A stretch of DNA of 63,989 nt, filler included, from Lama guanicoe (GCA_013239625.1; 196 parts of 196 records of this genome joined end to end with filler, not necessarily neighbours in it), one strand, 5' to 3'. Shown: positions 37,503 to 50,541, counted from the whole stretch's first letter. A program made the numbers and translations. The notes: a model not told the origin generated them from the sequence alone.

Positions 37503-39237
37503 NNNNNNNNNNNNNNNNNNNNNNNNNNNNNNNNNNNNNNNNNNNNTTAATTAATTAANNNNNNNNNNNNNNNNNNNNNNNNNNNNNNNNNNNNNNNNNN
37601 NNTCCATTTCATCACATGATCTAATTAATTTTCTGTATTAGGGTAAACTGCTGAGTTGGGGTATTTTCATATATAACTGAAGAGTTTTGACTAATGCAAA
37701 CTTCCTGGATTTAGTCTTTTTATCCTAGGCTCTCGTATTTTCTGTCATCACTTTGAAGATCTGTTTCATATCCATAGCTACAAATTTATCCCTGGACTCC
37801 TCTTTGACATGATCCTAAGGTCAGAGTCANNNNNNNNNNNNNNNNNNNNNNNNNNNNNNNNNNNNNNNNNNNNTTAATTAATTAANNNNNNNNNNNNNNN
37901 NNNNNNNNNNNNNNNNNNNNNNNNNNNNNGAAACTCACTTTATGAGACCCCAAGGCACAAAGTGGTGATCAGCACAAAGGTGGGTCTTCAAACAACGCAG
38001 CAAACGTGTTTTCCAGATAATCCCAATTGGGTCTACACTAATTTTTTTAAAGTATTATCCAGACAGAAAAATATATATAAAATACTTATGGAGAACTTGC
38101 AGACTGTTGGGAAATGTCCGCAAAATTCACTTTTTAAGCTTTCTCACCCAGCAATANNNNNNNNNNNNNNNNNNNNNNNNNNNNNNNNNNNNNNNNNNNN
38201 TTAATTAATTAANNNNNNNNNNNNNNNNNNNNNNNNNNNNNNNNNNNNNNNNNNNNCGGCCGTCGGGGCCGAGGTGCTGCCGGGCAGCCCGCAGAGTGCC
38301 TTTGTGACTGTTCGCCTTCATCCGGACCAGGCGGACGGGAGCTCTGGGTTGTGGGTGTCGAGCCCACTTTTCAAAGAGCGCTATGCCACGGAACTGAGGT
38401 TGGGGCTCACGGGAGGCCGTTTTCAGGGTTCACCGGCCACTCAGTGTGGATGGAAACCATATGTAGCTGGGTCGAGGCACACCNNNNNNNNNNNNNNNNN
38501 NNNNNNNNNNNNNNNNNNNNNNNNNNNTTAATTAATTAANNNNNNNNNNNNNNNNNNNNNNNNNNNNNNNNNNNNNNNNNNNNGATTCTCCCCATCTTCA
38601 CTTAAGAGACTGGCCCATCTGCTGGAGACTGGACCCACCAACCGGAGCATCTCAGTGCCTGTGTCAGCCCCCTACCCGAATGATCAGCCCCCTCCTGTCT
38701 GACTCAATCCATAATTCCTCCTCCTCTCATGGGATTCTTTTAAAAATATTGAATAGATGCATTTTTTATTTCCTGAAGCTTTGTTGCTTTTTAGCGCACA
38801 ATTCAGAAAGNNNNNNNNNNNNNNNNNNNNNNNNNNNNNNNNNNNNNNNNNNNNTTAATTAATTAANNNNNNNNNNNNNNNNNNNNNNNNNNNNNNNNNN
38901 NNNNNNNNNNAAATAGGCTACTCCCTGCCACGGAGTCCCTGGTTTTTCTAAAAGTAGAATGAAGGAGGTAAGGCCAAAGGCCCGGGGGCTGCTTGGGTGA
39001 ATATGTTTCTGAGAAGCGGGGACTCAAGACTCGGGGGGGATCGGGGTCAGGTATCCCATTCACCTCACGTCAGACCAGCCCCCCTCTCCTCTCCTGGCCA
39101 AACTTCTTTCCTGAAGCAGCAGGTGCCAGGCGGCTTGNNNNNNNNNNNNNNNNNNNNNNNNNNNNNNNNNNNNNNNNNNNNTTAATTAATTAANNNNNNN
39201 NNNNNNNNNNNNNNNNNNNNNNNNNNNNNNNNNNNNN

Positions 39238-39464
39238 TACAGAGAACAGACTGGTGGTTGCCAGGTGTGGGGAGGAGGAGAGGGGCCAATACTGGTGAAC
39301 GCGGCCAACAGATACAAAATTCCACTTACAAAATAAATAACGTGGGGTCATGACACATACAGTGTGGTCACTATAAGTAATAACACCACATAAAATATTT
39401 GATATTACTAAGGGGGTAGAATCTTATCACAAGAAAAAAATGTGTAAATATATGTAATGATGGA
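39238..39464 (+). mobile_element. LINE-1 3' UTR fragment
   Basis: acagagaacagactggtggttgccag...tacaaa.ttcca.tta.aaaataaataa...tcacaagaaaaaaa. Confidence 0.85.
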
Positions 39465-39564
39465 NNNNNNNNNNNNNNNNNNNNNNNNNNNNNNNNNNNN
39501 NNNNNNNNTTAATTAATTAANNNNNNNNNNNNNNNNNNNNNNNNNNNNNNNNNNNNNNNNNNNN

Positions 39565-39791
39565 GTGTTCTATATTCTTTATTCTATATTCTATATTCTG
39601 TGCTCTGCATTCAGTATTCTAAATTCTATAATCAGTAATCTTTATTCTATATTGTAAATTCTGTGTTCTGCATTCCGTGTTCTAAATTCGGGTTTCTATA
39701 TTCTTTAATCTATATTCTCTATACAGTCTTCTACGTTCTATGTTCTGTATTCAATATTAAGCATTCCGTATTCTACATTCCATATTCTATG
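39565..39791 (+). repeat. Degenerate heptameric satellite, consensus ~TATTCTR
   Basis: tattcta tattcta tattctg tgctctg cattcag tattcta aattcta..., filling the whole contig. Confidence 0.85.
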
Positions 39792-40597
39792 NNNNNNNNN
39801 NNNNNNNNNNNNNNNNNNNNNNNNNNNNNNNNNNNTTAATTAATTAANNNNNNNNNNNNNNNNNNNNNNNNNNNNNNNNNNNNNNNNNNNNAGGGTCCCA
39901 GAAGCCTCACCCCTTCCCTGCATCAAAGGTAAGAACTATGGTGACTAAAATCATCATAGGTGTTTGGCTCTTTAGGTAGAAGGTGTTCCTTTTTCATATG
40001 AATGGGATCATATACTAGATACTCTTGCATCTTTATTCTGTTTCTTTTAATCAGAATCATCTGTGACCAGTCAAAGGGCAGGTGCATTGTTCTACAGTGT
40101 TTCACTGCACAAATACTTNNNNNNNNNNNNNNNNNNNNNNNNNNNNNNNNNNNNNNNNNNNNTTAATTAATTAANNNNNNNNNNNNNNNNNNNNNNNNNN
40201 NNNNNNNNNNNNNNNNNNATTACTTCCCTGTTCAAAACTCTAGTTGGTTCTTTATGGCCTATGACATAAAGAAAAAGCCCTGTCTTATATTCAAAATCTT
40301 CCACAGTTTGGCCCCAGATTCCCGTCTCAGCCCCCTTTCCATGTCTCACTAGTCACTGAACGTGCCCTGCATTTGCTAACCTTCCTGCTCCTCTCGTGTC
40401 CCTCTTTCTGCTTGTACTGGTCTCTCCCAGTTCTGCCAAAATCTTNNNNNNNNNNNNNNNNNNNNNNNNNNNNNNNNNNNNNNNNNNNNTTAATTAATTA
40501 ANNNNNNNNNNNNNNNNNNNNNNNNNNNNNNNNNNNNNNNNNNNNTGATTAATCCAATCACACTGTTTGCTTCTCCTCCTCCACTGACCCTTCCTAG

Positions 40598-40636
40598 GGT
40601 CTGGCTTCACTCCAGATGGCTCTGCGTACATCAAAG
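40598..40636 (+). CDS. Candidate 39-nt frame-preserving micro-exon, gene unknown
   Basis: Pyrimidine tract, ctgac branch-like site, ttcctag acceptor and AAG|gtgagt donor; all three frames open. Confidence 0.45.
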
Positions 40637-41199
40637 GTGAGTTGCCAGCCAGGGGAGTGATAAGCAACATTGCTAAGAAGCAGAGCCAACGCCAGGTGAA
40701 GCCCAGCAGACAGGTAAGAGTCAAAACCATCCGAGAAAGGCCACCCGCTCAAGAGGGATGAATCCAGAGCTGNNNNNNNNNNNNNNNNNNNNNNNNNNNN
40801 NNNNNNNNNNNNNNNNTTAATTAATTAANNNNNNNNNNNNNNNNNNNNNNNNNNNNNNNNNNNNNNNNNNNNAAAAATTTTAGCCCTTTTCTATCTACTT
40901 CCCTTGAAAAGAAAAATAAAGGAATATAAAGAAAAGATAGGTTGTAAACATTGATTTGGAAGAAACCATTTCTTATTATAATGACTTAAGCTAAAATTAT
41001 ACACATGCCAGCCATGGTTGAAATACTAGGCAGAAATGATACATCAGCGTCTGAATTTACTTCTAAAATATAGAGTATAAAATTCACCATAAATCCTGCN
41101 NNNNNNNNNNNNNNNNNNNNNNNNNNNNNNNNNNNNNNNNNNNTTAATTAATTAANNNNNNNNNNNNNNNNNNNNNNNNNNNNNNNNNNNNNNNNNNNN

Positions 41200-41426
41200 A
41201 GTTCCCTATAATCTCCTCCAGGATATAGAAGCAGAAGCAATACTTTCCACCACATTCTGTGAGTCCAGCATTACCACATTAGCACATTACCACAATACCA
41301 AACCAGATGAAGAAATTACAAGAAAGGAAAATTATGGGCCAGTACTCCTTTTGAATATAGATGCATAAATTCTCACCAAATATTAATTACCCAATTGAAT
41401 TCAGCTAGGTATGAAAAGAACTAAGC
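41200..41426 (+). mobile_element. LINE-1 ORF2 RT-region fragment
   Basis: cattctgtgag.ccagcattacc...ataccaaaccaga...gaaaatta..ggccagta...tgaatatagatgca.aaattctca. Confidence 0.85.
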
Positions 41427-41853
41427 NNNNNNNNNNNNNNNNNNNNNNNNNNNNNNNNNNNNNNNNNNNNTTAATTAATTAANNNNNNNNNNNNNNNNNN
41501 NNNNNNNNNNNNNNNNNNNNNNNNNNCAAAGCTGTTTTCAGAGATGGGTATATACATAACATATGGTATAAAATAAAATGCTTTTATTTAATGTGTGGGA
41601 CTTTGGAGCTCTCGGGAACAGCTAAGTTGGAGTGGTCTCCACGGAGGAGAGTTGGGGTCAGCAGAGCGTGCAGGAGGGCAGGCTGACCGCCTTGCTTCTG
41701 CAGGGGGTTCTTCACAGCAAGGCACTCTGTTGAGTTGACTCTTGTCTAAGTTTNNNNNNNNNNNNNNNNNNNNNNNNNNNNNNNNNNNNNNNNNNNNTTA
41801 ATTAATTAANNNNNNNNNNNNNNNNNNNNNNNNNNNNNNNNNNNNNNNNNNNN

Positions 41854-42080
41854 AGCCTCTACTAGTATGTGGTATATCCTGGAGAATGTTGCACGTGCAC
41901 TTGAGAAGAGTAGGTATTCTGCTGCTCTCTGATGGAATGCTCTGTAAATATCAATTAAGTCTACTGGTCTAATGTGTTATTTAAGGGCTGTGTTTCCTTG
42001 TTGATTTTCTATCTGGATGATCTGCCCATTGATGTAAGTGGGCTGTTAAAGCTGCTGTTTTACTGTCAATTTCCCCTTTT
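41854..42080 (-). mobile_element. LINE-1 ORF2 endonuclease-region fragment
   Basis: atcctggagaatgtt.cacgtgcacttgagaaga...ttgattttct.tctggatgatctg.ccattgatg. Confidence 0.9.
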
Positions 42081-43161
42081 NNNNNNNNNNNNNNNNNNNN
42101 NNNNNNNNNNNNNNNNNNNNNNNNTTAATTAATTAANNNNNNNNNNNNNNNNNNNNNNNNNNNNNNNNNNNNNNNNNNNNGTATGCCATGTAAATGGTTT
42201 CAGGCTATAGAGAAGAGCTATATATTTCCAGGGTACATTTTATAAAGTCAGAAGGTTACTATGTCAATATCTGACATAGACATTCCCCTAACTATAGAAT
42301 AACCCAAGTTACTCTTAGGAAAAAAAACTTTAAAAGATGCTAGCAAATTGACCTCAACTGGTTATTAAGAGAAATAGATACAACTTAGTATGTTTTATTC
42401 CAGGAGANNNNNNNNNNNNNNNNNNNNNNNNNNNNNNNNNNNNNNNNNNNNTTAATTAATTAANNNNNNNNNNNNNNNNNNNNNNNNNNNNNNNNNNNNN
42501 NNNNNNNCTCTTTTCAGAAACTGCCCGTTGTTCTGTAAAACAATCGATGTTTGCCTCCCTTTAGTTTTCAGCTATTTAAACACACTTAATTTAAAATACC
42601 TCGCTTATTTTCTGGTTGATCCCATTCCTTGCAGAGGACAACCCCCATTGGTCAGCAGATGGCTGTCTGTAGCAAGGTCCACCAATAACAGGGTCACTCT
42701 GGGCCGCCCACTCCTGCTGGAGGTCCCCTCTCACNNNNNNNNNNNNNNNNNNNNNNNNNNNNNNNNNNNNNNNNNNNNTTAATTAATTAANNNNNNNNNN
42801 NNNNNNNNNNNNNNNNNNNNNNNNNNNNNNNNNNAAACCTCACAATGTATTGCAAAGCAAATGGACAATGAGAGCCCACTGTTTTCAAAACAATTCAAAT
42901 ACAATGTTGTTTAAAAGGAGACAATTTTTCGCATGAAGTATTTCCCTTAATTTGTTCTTCAGATTCAGGTTATTTTGAACATTGATTTTCATGAAAATAA
43001 TGTATAGCTATAATTTCTAGACATCCAACCTGATTTCTAAAATGTTCCCTAAAATTAATTTNNNNNNNNNNNNNNNNNNNNNNNNNNNNNNNNNNNNNNN
43101 NNNNNTTAATTAATTAANNNNNNNNNNNNNNNNNNNNNNNNNNNNNNNNNNNNNNNNNNNN

Positions 43162-43255
43162 AGAAGCCCCTCTGAGCCCGCCGGTGTAATAAATCTGAGT
43201 ACTCCAACCCCCCGAATGGTGCTTGTTTCTTGGCTGGCCTGTGGTTTCTGTAACA
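43162..43255 (+). mobile_element. Possible ERV LTR 3' end
   Basis: AATAAA at 43188-43193, then a GT-rich U5-like stretch ending in tgtaaca. Confidence 0.4.
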
Positions 43256-43281
43256 AAGCAAAAAGAAAAAGATGATGGCGC

Positions 43282-43388
43282 GGGTGGGAGAGCTCAGTGG
43301 TAGAGCGTGTTCTTAGCGTGCACGGGGTCCCGGGTTCAACCCCAGGGCCTCCACTAACAGATAAATACATCTAATTACCTACCCCCCA
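43282..43388 (+). mobile_element. Vic-1-like SINE
   Basis: agctcagtggtagagcg...ttagcgtgcac.gggtcccgggttcaaccccag..cctcca, then ataaatacatctaattacct.ccccc tail. Confidence 0.9.
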
Positions 43389-43859
43389 NNNNNNNNNNNN
43401 NNNNNNNNNNNNNNNNNNNNNNNNNNNNNNNNTTAATTAATTAANNNNNNNNNNNNNNNNNNNNNNNNNNNNNNNNNNNNNNNNNNNNCTGCCCGGGACG
43501 ATGGAGCCCAAGCCCTTCCCCCATCTCTGTTCTGTAAAAGGGACAGATACAGATCCCCCTCACAGCGCTGGGGGCTATAAGGGGACAACAAATGGACAGA
43601 GGCATGAAGGGGACTCGGGAAGGAAAGTGCTGAGTGCGGGGAAGGGGCAGATGGGGACACAGCGCGTTTGGGGAGAAGCCAGAGCAGAGACAGCTGGTGG
43701 CATCTGCAGTCCTTCNNNNNNNNNNNNNNNNNNNNNNNNNNNNNNNNNNNNNNNNNNNNTTAATTAATTAANNNNNNNNNNNNNNNNNNNNNNNNNNNNN
43801 NNNNNNNNNNNNNNNTATATATATGTTTATGTGTATATGTGATACACACACACACACAC

Positions 43860-44042
43860 TACAACTTCTTTATCCAATCATCTGTCTATGGACATTTAAG
43901 TTGTTTTCACAACTTGGCTATTATAAATTGCGCTGCTATGTAAATTGTGGAGCATATAACTCTTTGAATTAGAATTTTCTCCAGATATATACCCAGGAGT
44001 GGGATTGCTGGATTATATGGTAACTCTGTTTTTAGGTTTTTA
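43860..44042 (-). mobile_element. LINE-1 ORF2 C-terminal fragment
   Basis: ttctttatcca.tcatctgt..atggacattta.gttg...atacccaggagtgggattgctggat.atatggta. Confidence 0.9.
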
Positions 44043-44917
44043 NNNNNNNNNNNNNNNNNNNNNNNNNNNNNNNNNNNNNNNNNNNNTTAATTAATTAANN
44101 NNNNNNNNNNNNNNNNNNNNNNNNNNNNNNNNNNNNNNNNNNAGTGTGGCATGCAAGCTGCCGTCAGCGCCCTGTGCTCCCCACTGATTCACATCTGGCC
44201 TTTTAAAACATTTATATTAACCTCAGCTGGGGACTCGTTGGGGACTTTGAATTTGAGGCCCCTCTGCTAGAATTGTCTTGAAGCTATGAACAGGATAATC
44301 TACTTTCCCTCAAATATTTTATCAAATTTCTTTAAGTTTCAGTTAATCTACTAAACTTTCAAAAACATANNNNNNNNNNNNNNNNNNNNNNNNNNNNNNN
44401 NNNNNNNNNNNNNTTAATTAATTAANNNNNNNNNNNNNNNNNNNNNNNNNNNNNNNNNNNNNNNNNNNNTATCATTAGCTCTCTCAAGGGCTTAGCTCAG
44501 CACTGGGACTAAAATGAACAAATTTTTATGACTTTTCACAGCTCCTTCCTGACCTTTGAAAGTTCCAAAATAGATGAAATCAGTTATCTCCATGTCTCAA
44601 AATTTGTCCTCCTCCTCCTTATCCATTTTGAGGAGTTTTCTCTTTTTTTTTTCTTTTCTTTTTCTTTCTTCTTCCTTTTTTTTTTTTTTTTTCTTTNNNN
44701 NNNNNNNNNNNNNNNNNNNNNNNNNNNNNNNNNNNNNNNNTTAATTAATTAANNNNNNNNNNNNNNNNNNNNNNNNNNNNNNNNNNNNNNNNNNNNAGAC
44801 AGCCCACGAGGCGCCACACGGCCTCCAGCGGGAAGAGCCCTAGGATGCCTGATTTTTCTAACCTAATAATAATTCACTATTTTATCAGATTTGCTAAAAC
44901 AGGGAAGCACTACTCTG

Positions 44918-44936
44918 TATTGCCCCCTGGTGGTGA
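44918..44936 (-). promoter_or_regulatory. CTCF core motif
   Basis: ttgccccctggtggtg reads CACCACCAGGGGGCAA on the minus strand. Confidence 0.55.
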
Positions 44937-45469
44937 ATGGTTGCAAACGCAGCCACCTGGCACGTCCAGAACCGAATTTGTATTTAAAGTTCAAGGGTTT
45001 TATTCTGCACCTGGTGTTGACAANNNNNNNNNNNNNNNNNNNNNNNNNNNNNNNNNNNNNNNNNNNNTTAATTAATTAANNNNNNNNNNNNNNNNNNNNN
45101 NNNNNNNNNNNNNNNNNNNNNNNCGAACGCTGAGGGGGGACTCCCAGCAGGCACCTCTGCAGTGAAAAGCCCGGAAGACGCTCTCTCTGCTCTCACCCCT
45201 CGGCTTTGTCTGGGAGCAGCATCCAACAGGGCAGAGCCCAGCGCTGCTGGTGCGCGGGATTTAAAGGGGGTCGGGCACGCGGAAGGAGGAGACAGCAGAC
45301 GGGGTATCTTCACCATGGTCAATTTTATTGCTTAGGAACTGGAGCGGTCANNNNNNNNNNNNNNNNNNNNNNNNNNNNNNNNNNNNNNNNNNNNTTAATT
45401 AATTAANNNNNNNNNNNNNNNNNNNNNNNNNNNNNNNNNNNNNNNNNNNNCACAGGACAAACCCACCCT

Positions 45470-45630
45470 GCCATTTGGCTTTGTCAGCCTAGTGTTATCA
45501 GAGCACAGCCATCCCTATTTGCTCACTGGCTTCAGCTGCGTTCACACCAAAGTGGTAGAGTTAAGTAGACAGATACTACATGGCCTCAAATATGAACTCT
45601 CTGGCCCTTTACAGAAAAAGCTTGTAGTTC
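45470..45630. mobile_element. MER58-like hAT DNA transposon fragment
   Basis: cacagcca...ggtagagttaagtag..acaga...atggcc...ctctctggccctttacagaaaaag. Confidence 0.65.
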
Positions 45631-45777
45631 TCTGCTTTATGAAATAACCAGAGAGCCCTAAGACTCAAATCTAATCTNNNNNNNNNNNNNNNNNNNNNNN
45701 NNNNNNNNNNNNNNNNNNNNNTTAATTAATTAANNNNNNNNNNNNNNNNNNNNNNNNNNNNNNNNNNNNNNNNNNNN

Positions 45778-46004
45778 TGATGCTCATCATCAGCCAAGGA
45801 ACAGTCACTTGTCCAATCTTTTCCTTCAAAAATGTTACTTGACTTCCTTCTCTCTTCTGGTTACTGTTTCAAGTTTGGAGAGCAGAAGCATAATAAAAAT
45901 AGCTACCATATATTGTGTTGTTATGATGATGTAGACACTGTGATGCAGTCTCTCTTCCTAAGGGTTACAATAGCTAATTTACTGATGAAAAACTGTATGT
46001 ATCT
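45778..46004 (+). repeat. Near-identical copy of contig 52318-52544 (reverse complement)
   Basis: 10 substitutions in 227 bp; 49-bp and 48-bp identical ends. Confidence 0.95.
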
Positions 46005-47412
46005 NNNNNNNNNNNNNNNNNNNNNNNNNNNNNNNNNNNNNNNNNNNNTTAATTAATTAANNNNNNNNNNNNNNNNNNNNNNNNNNNNNNNNNNNNNNNN
46101 NNNNATTAAAATAATTATCTTGTGCAGAAGAAACTTCAAATACTTTTTCAGAACGTAACCATCTTCTCTTTCTCTACTTTGTTCCCTTCATAACAAACTT
46201 GGCAATGCTGGGTGAGTTACATAACTAGAAATCTAGCTGCACAGGAAGTTCTCAATGACATGAAACACATTTTTACTCCTTAAAAAAATCTTACATGCAG
46301 TACATTAATATTTTCTTTTAGAAATTACTTTNNNNNNNNNNNNNNNNNNNNNNNNNNNNNNNNNNNNNNNNNNNNTTAATTAATTAANNNNNNNNNNNNN
46401 NNNNNNNNNNNNNNNNNNNNNNNNNNNNNNNATCAGAGTGCTTATAAACATGTTTCTTCTAATCTTTAATAGAAATATTGCAAGGAAGCAGGCATGCAAA
46501 ATTATTAGGAAACATATTATTAAAAAAGTTTTTTAAACTACATACTTGGGACATTTCTCTTGAGGTAACTTACATAAAATATTTCCTGGGAGTGAAATAC
46601 CCCAAGTATTAAAGTACCATGCTTTTCTTGTGACAGTTTATAAATTTCATACTTTTCCNNNNNNNNNNNNNNNNNNNNNNNNNNNNNNNNNNNNNNNNNN
46701 NNTTAATTAATTAANNNNNNNNNNNNNNNNNNNNNNNNNNNNNNNNNNNNNNNNNNNNATTTGGTAAAGACACAGCCTCTTTCTTTGCTGACCTAAAGCA
46801 CAAAGATATAGGTCACAGGCTTCTGGAGGGCAGGGCCCAAGCCCGTGCACTTATCTGGAATTAGGGCAAAACTGCTAGTAAGTGCTTTCTGACAATAATG
46901 ACAGAAGTATGGATGAGGAAACAAGTACAGAGATTCTCTGATGGTCTGCCTTTAGTCAGGAGATTTCAGAATCATTGTTTAGAGANNNNNNNNNNNNNNN
47001 NNNNNNNNNNNNNNNNNNNNNNNNNNNNNTTAATTAATTAANNNNNNNNNNNNNNNNNNNNNNNNNNNNNNNNNNNNNNNNNNNNCTTCTGGAATTTTCT
47101 CTGAGCCCAGGGAGCTAGTACTACATCCACCGGACTAGGAGGGGCACTGCATTCCTTAACATTCCCAACATAACAGATGTTTAATAAAAATTTACTGAAT
47201 GTGCAACAAATCTAAAAACTCACAACTGCATAATTCCATTAACTGATGAAAACAAAAGCATACGTACAGCTACATTTCATCCTTAAAGCTTTTCAGATTT
47301 CTGCTTTGAGTANNNNNNNNNNNNNNNNNNNNNNNNNNNNNNNNNNNNNNNNNNNNTTAATTAATTAANNNNNNNNNNNNNNNNNNNNNNNNNNNNNNNN
47401 NNNNNNNNNNNN

Positions 47413-47639
47413 AGACTCACAGATGTAGAGAAGGAACTAGTGGTCACCAGTGAGGAGAGGGAAGGAGGAGGGGCAAGATGGAGGTGGAGGAGTAAGAGGT
47501 ACAAATTATCAGGTATAAAATAAACTACAAGCATGTATTGTACACAATGGGGAATATGGCCAATATTTTATAGTAACTATAAATGGAGTGTAACCTTTAA
47601 AAATTGTGAATCACTATACTGTATACCTGTAACATATAA
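47413..47639 (+). mobile_element. LINE-1 3' UTR fragment
   Basis: agactcacaga..tagagaa..aactagtggt.accagtg...taactataaatggagt.taacctttaaaaattgtgaatcacta. Confidence 0.9.
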
Positions 47640-50521
47640 NNNNNNNNNNNNNNNNNNNNNNNNNNNNNNNNNNNNNNNNNNNNTTAATTAATTAANNNNN
47701 NNNNNNNNNNNNNNNNNNNNNNNNNNNNNNNNNNNNNNNCATCAGATATTTCTGTGTTAGGATTCAGTATGGCCTGCTAAAAAATCTGGAGTCAGATTTG
47801 AAACCCTGACGAAGAGGATTATTTTATTTCTCTACATGACAGAATTTTTCTTTCAAAATTCAGAATTTTTGGTTCTTTCAGGAATTTTTTGGGGGGGTTG
47901 GCAAAACAACTTTGCTTTTACCATCTTTGCGACCTGTTGCTTTGTGCCTCTCACCTGTCTTCTGTCNNNNNNNNNNNNNNNNNNNNNNNNNNNNNNNNNN
48001 NNNNNNNNNNTTAATTAATTAANNNNNNNNNNNNNNNNNNNNNNNNNNNNNNNNNNNNNNNNNNNNATTGGACAGAAAGGAGGGGCACAGGCCAAATGCA
48101 GGAAGCCAGACATCACATAAGCACCAGGGGTCCCTGGGCAGAGAAAGATATGCAAGGACCTCTGAGCTGGTAAGTGGTGACAGCTTTTGGGGTGATGAGT
48201 GGCCTGGAGACTGACAAAGAAAGGTGAGAAGAGGCAGGAATTTTTAGTGTCCAAATGTAACCTTTTGCTTATTATGCCCTCATTTCAATAAAANNNNNNN
48301 NNNNNNNNNNNNNNNNNNNNNNNNNNNNNNNNNNNNNTTAATTAATTAANNNNNNNNNNNNNNNNNNNNNNNNNNNNNNNNNNNNNNNNNNNNGTTAGCT
48401 ACAGAGTTCTGTTGTACAGCTTAGCTTTGATGAAGAACAAGTATGTCATGTCTTAGAATGTTAAATTTCTATGTTATCTGCTTGAGGATTTTTGTTCTTG
48501 GGAACTAAGTCATTAGTGAGACTGTTTGTTTTAGGTTCAGTTCTCCCCTCATGGAGTTCATGTCAGTAAAGAAGAACATCATGTCCAGAAGAAAAATGCT
48601 CAGCTTGAGAACGAGAAGGANNNNNNNNNNNNNNNNNNNNNNNNNNNNNNNNNNNNNNNNNNNNTTAATTAATTAANNNNNNNNNNNNNNNNNNNNNNNN
48701 NNNNNNNNNNNNNNNNNNNNCAGTAGGTGGTGGCTTAAGAATGCAGAATTCTTGGAGTTTCAGCCCAAACGTACTGAACCAGTCTTTGGACTTGGCTACA
48801 CGTGTACAACTTTGCTTTAAACGGGAGAAAAGATCCAATCTGCAATAGCAACCTTAATGATAAAATATTTAGCAGCCAACTCCCCGAGAAACGTGGAGGC
48901 TACAAATATAAAAAGTGTTGGGGGTGGATTTAGCTCTGTGGTCGAATNNNNNNNNNNNNNNNNNNNNNNNNNNNNNNNNNNNNNNNNNNNNTTAATTAAT
49001 TAANNNNNNNNNNNNNNNNNNNNNNNNNNNNNNNNNNNNNNNNNNNNCTCGTGGTTTTCCCCACCACTTTCCTTATAGGCCAGTTTTATAGGAACTAATA
49101 TCTATCCATCATCTAGACTTTAAAACTGGATTTAGTTACACTAACTTCTTCTTCACTGTTGAGCGCCACACTCCGTCAGCGGTCTACACCCCTTTAGTTC
49201 TCCTTCCATACTGCCTGTTACCACATCAGCTTCTGCTTTCTCCAGTCCCACTTCGCTGAGGCATTGGTAGTAGCNNNNNNNNNNNNNNNNNNNNNNNNNN
49301 NNNNNNNNNNNNNNNNNNTTAATTAATTAANNNNNNNNNNNNNNNNNNNNNNNNNNNNNNNNNNNNNNNNNNNNACTCAAAATTAAATTGAAAAACCTAT
49401 AATAACTAAGACAAATATTTTTTAAAAAAATTATAAATAACTAGTTTAACTATATCCTTGACTAGCAAGAATTTTTGTGGGAAACCCAGCTCTGAGGCTC
49501 ACCCGGCTGTCCCTGTGTCCCACGCACTTCTCTGGGTGGCTCCACCCGCCTTCCTGAGACAAGGGAGCCTGGAACGGCCTCCTAGGCAGAGGGCCGTGGC
49601 CNNNNNNNNNNNNNNNNNNNNNNNNNNNNNNNNNNNNNNNNNNNNTTAATTAATTAANNNNNNNNNNNNNNNNNNNNNNNNNNNNNNNNNNNNNNNNNNN
49701 NTAATAGTCTCCAGTTATTTTCATGATAGTTCTATTGGCTTAATTTTTTACATAAAGGCCCAGAAAGGTTTGGGCTCTGAAAGGTTCGCGTTCAAATATG
49801 CGAAATTGGGGAAATTAAATTAAATCACTATCCAGATCTTTTTTAAAAAAGAAGATATTTAAATTTTGAGTAATTTACTGAGTGACAAAGAGCTGGTAGA
49901 TTTCCCTCTCATTAAGTCTCATATTTTTNNNNNNNNNNNNNNNNNNNNNNNNNNNNNNNNNNNNNNNNNNNNTTAATTAATTAANNNNNNNNNNNNNNNN
50001 NNNNNNNNNNNNNNNNNNNNNNNNNNNNTTCCCAGCCACACGGTCCTACCTGGGCCGTATGTGAAGCTCCAAGCCCGCGTCTCAGTCTGGTCACTCGTGT
50101 CCCTGTCTAGACCTCACTCGCGCCCATCCCGAGTGCGCGTCTCACTCAGTCCCATCTGGGTCTCTTTTTCTGTGACTCATATCAGGAAGGTAGACGTGCT
50201 CCCCGGGCACCGTCCCTGCGTCTGGACTCTGGTACCTGCCGCCTGCTCTCCTGGGNNNNNNNNNNNNNNNNNNNNNNNNNNNNNNNNNNNNNNNNNNNNT
50301 TAATTAATTAANNNNNNNNNNNNNNNNNNNNNNNNNNNNNNNNNNNNNNNNNNNNGTGGTGTGGTTCACCAAGCTAAATCCTTTCTTTAGGACCAGTGTG
50401 TTTTATTAATTTAAAGAAGTTTAACATCACCCTCCTGGAAATGGGTGTCTGGCGCTGTGCTTCTTTGAGACATCAATACATCCCCGTTTGACGGAATGAC
50501 TTGTAGAGAAAGGAAGCACTG

Positions 50522-50541
50522 CAGCGCCACCTGGTGGCGAC
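50522..50541 (-). promoter_or_regulatory. Strong, near-palindromic CTCF motif
   Basis: cagcgccacctggtggcgac; minus strand reads GCCACCAGGTGGCGCTG. Confidence 0.6.

Noticed and set aside
43282..43353. tRNA-Ala gene
   Set aside because: Acceptor stem does not pair well, and it is followed by the SINE-specific tail shared with other copies
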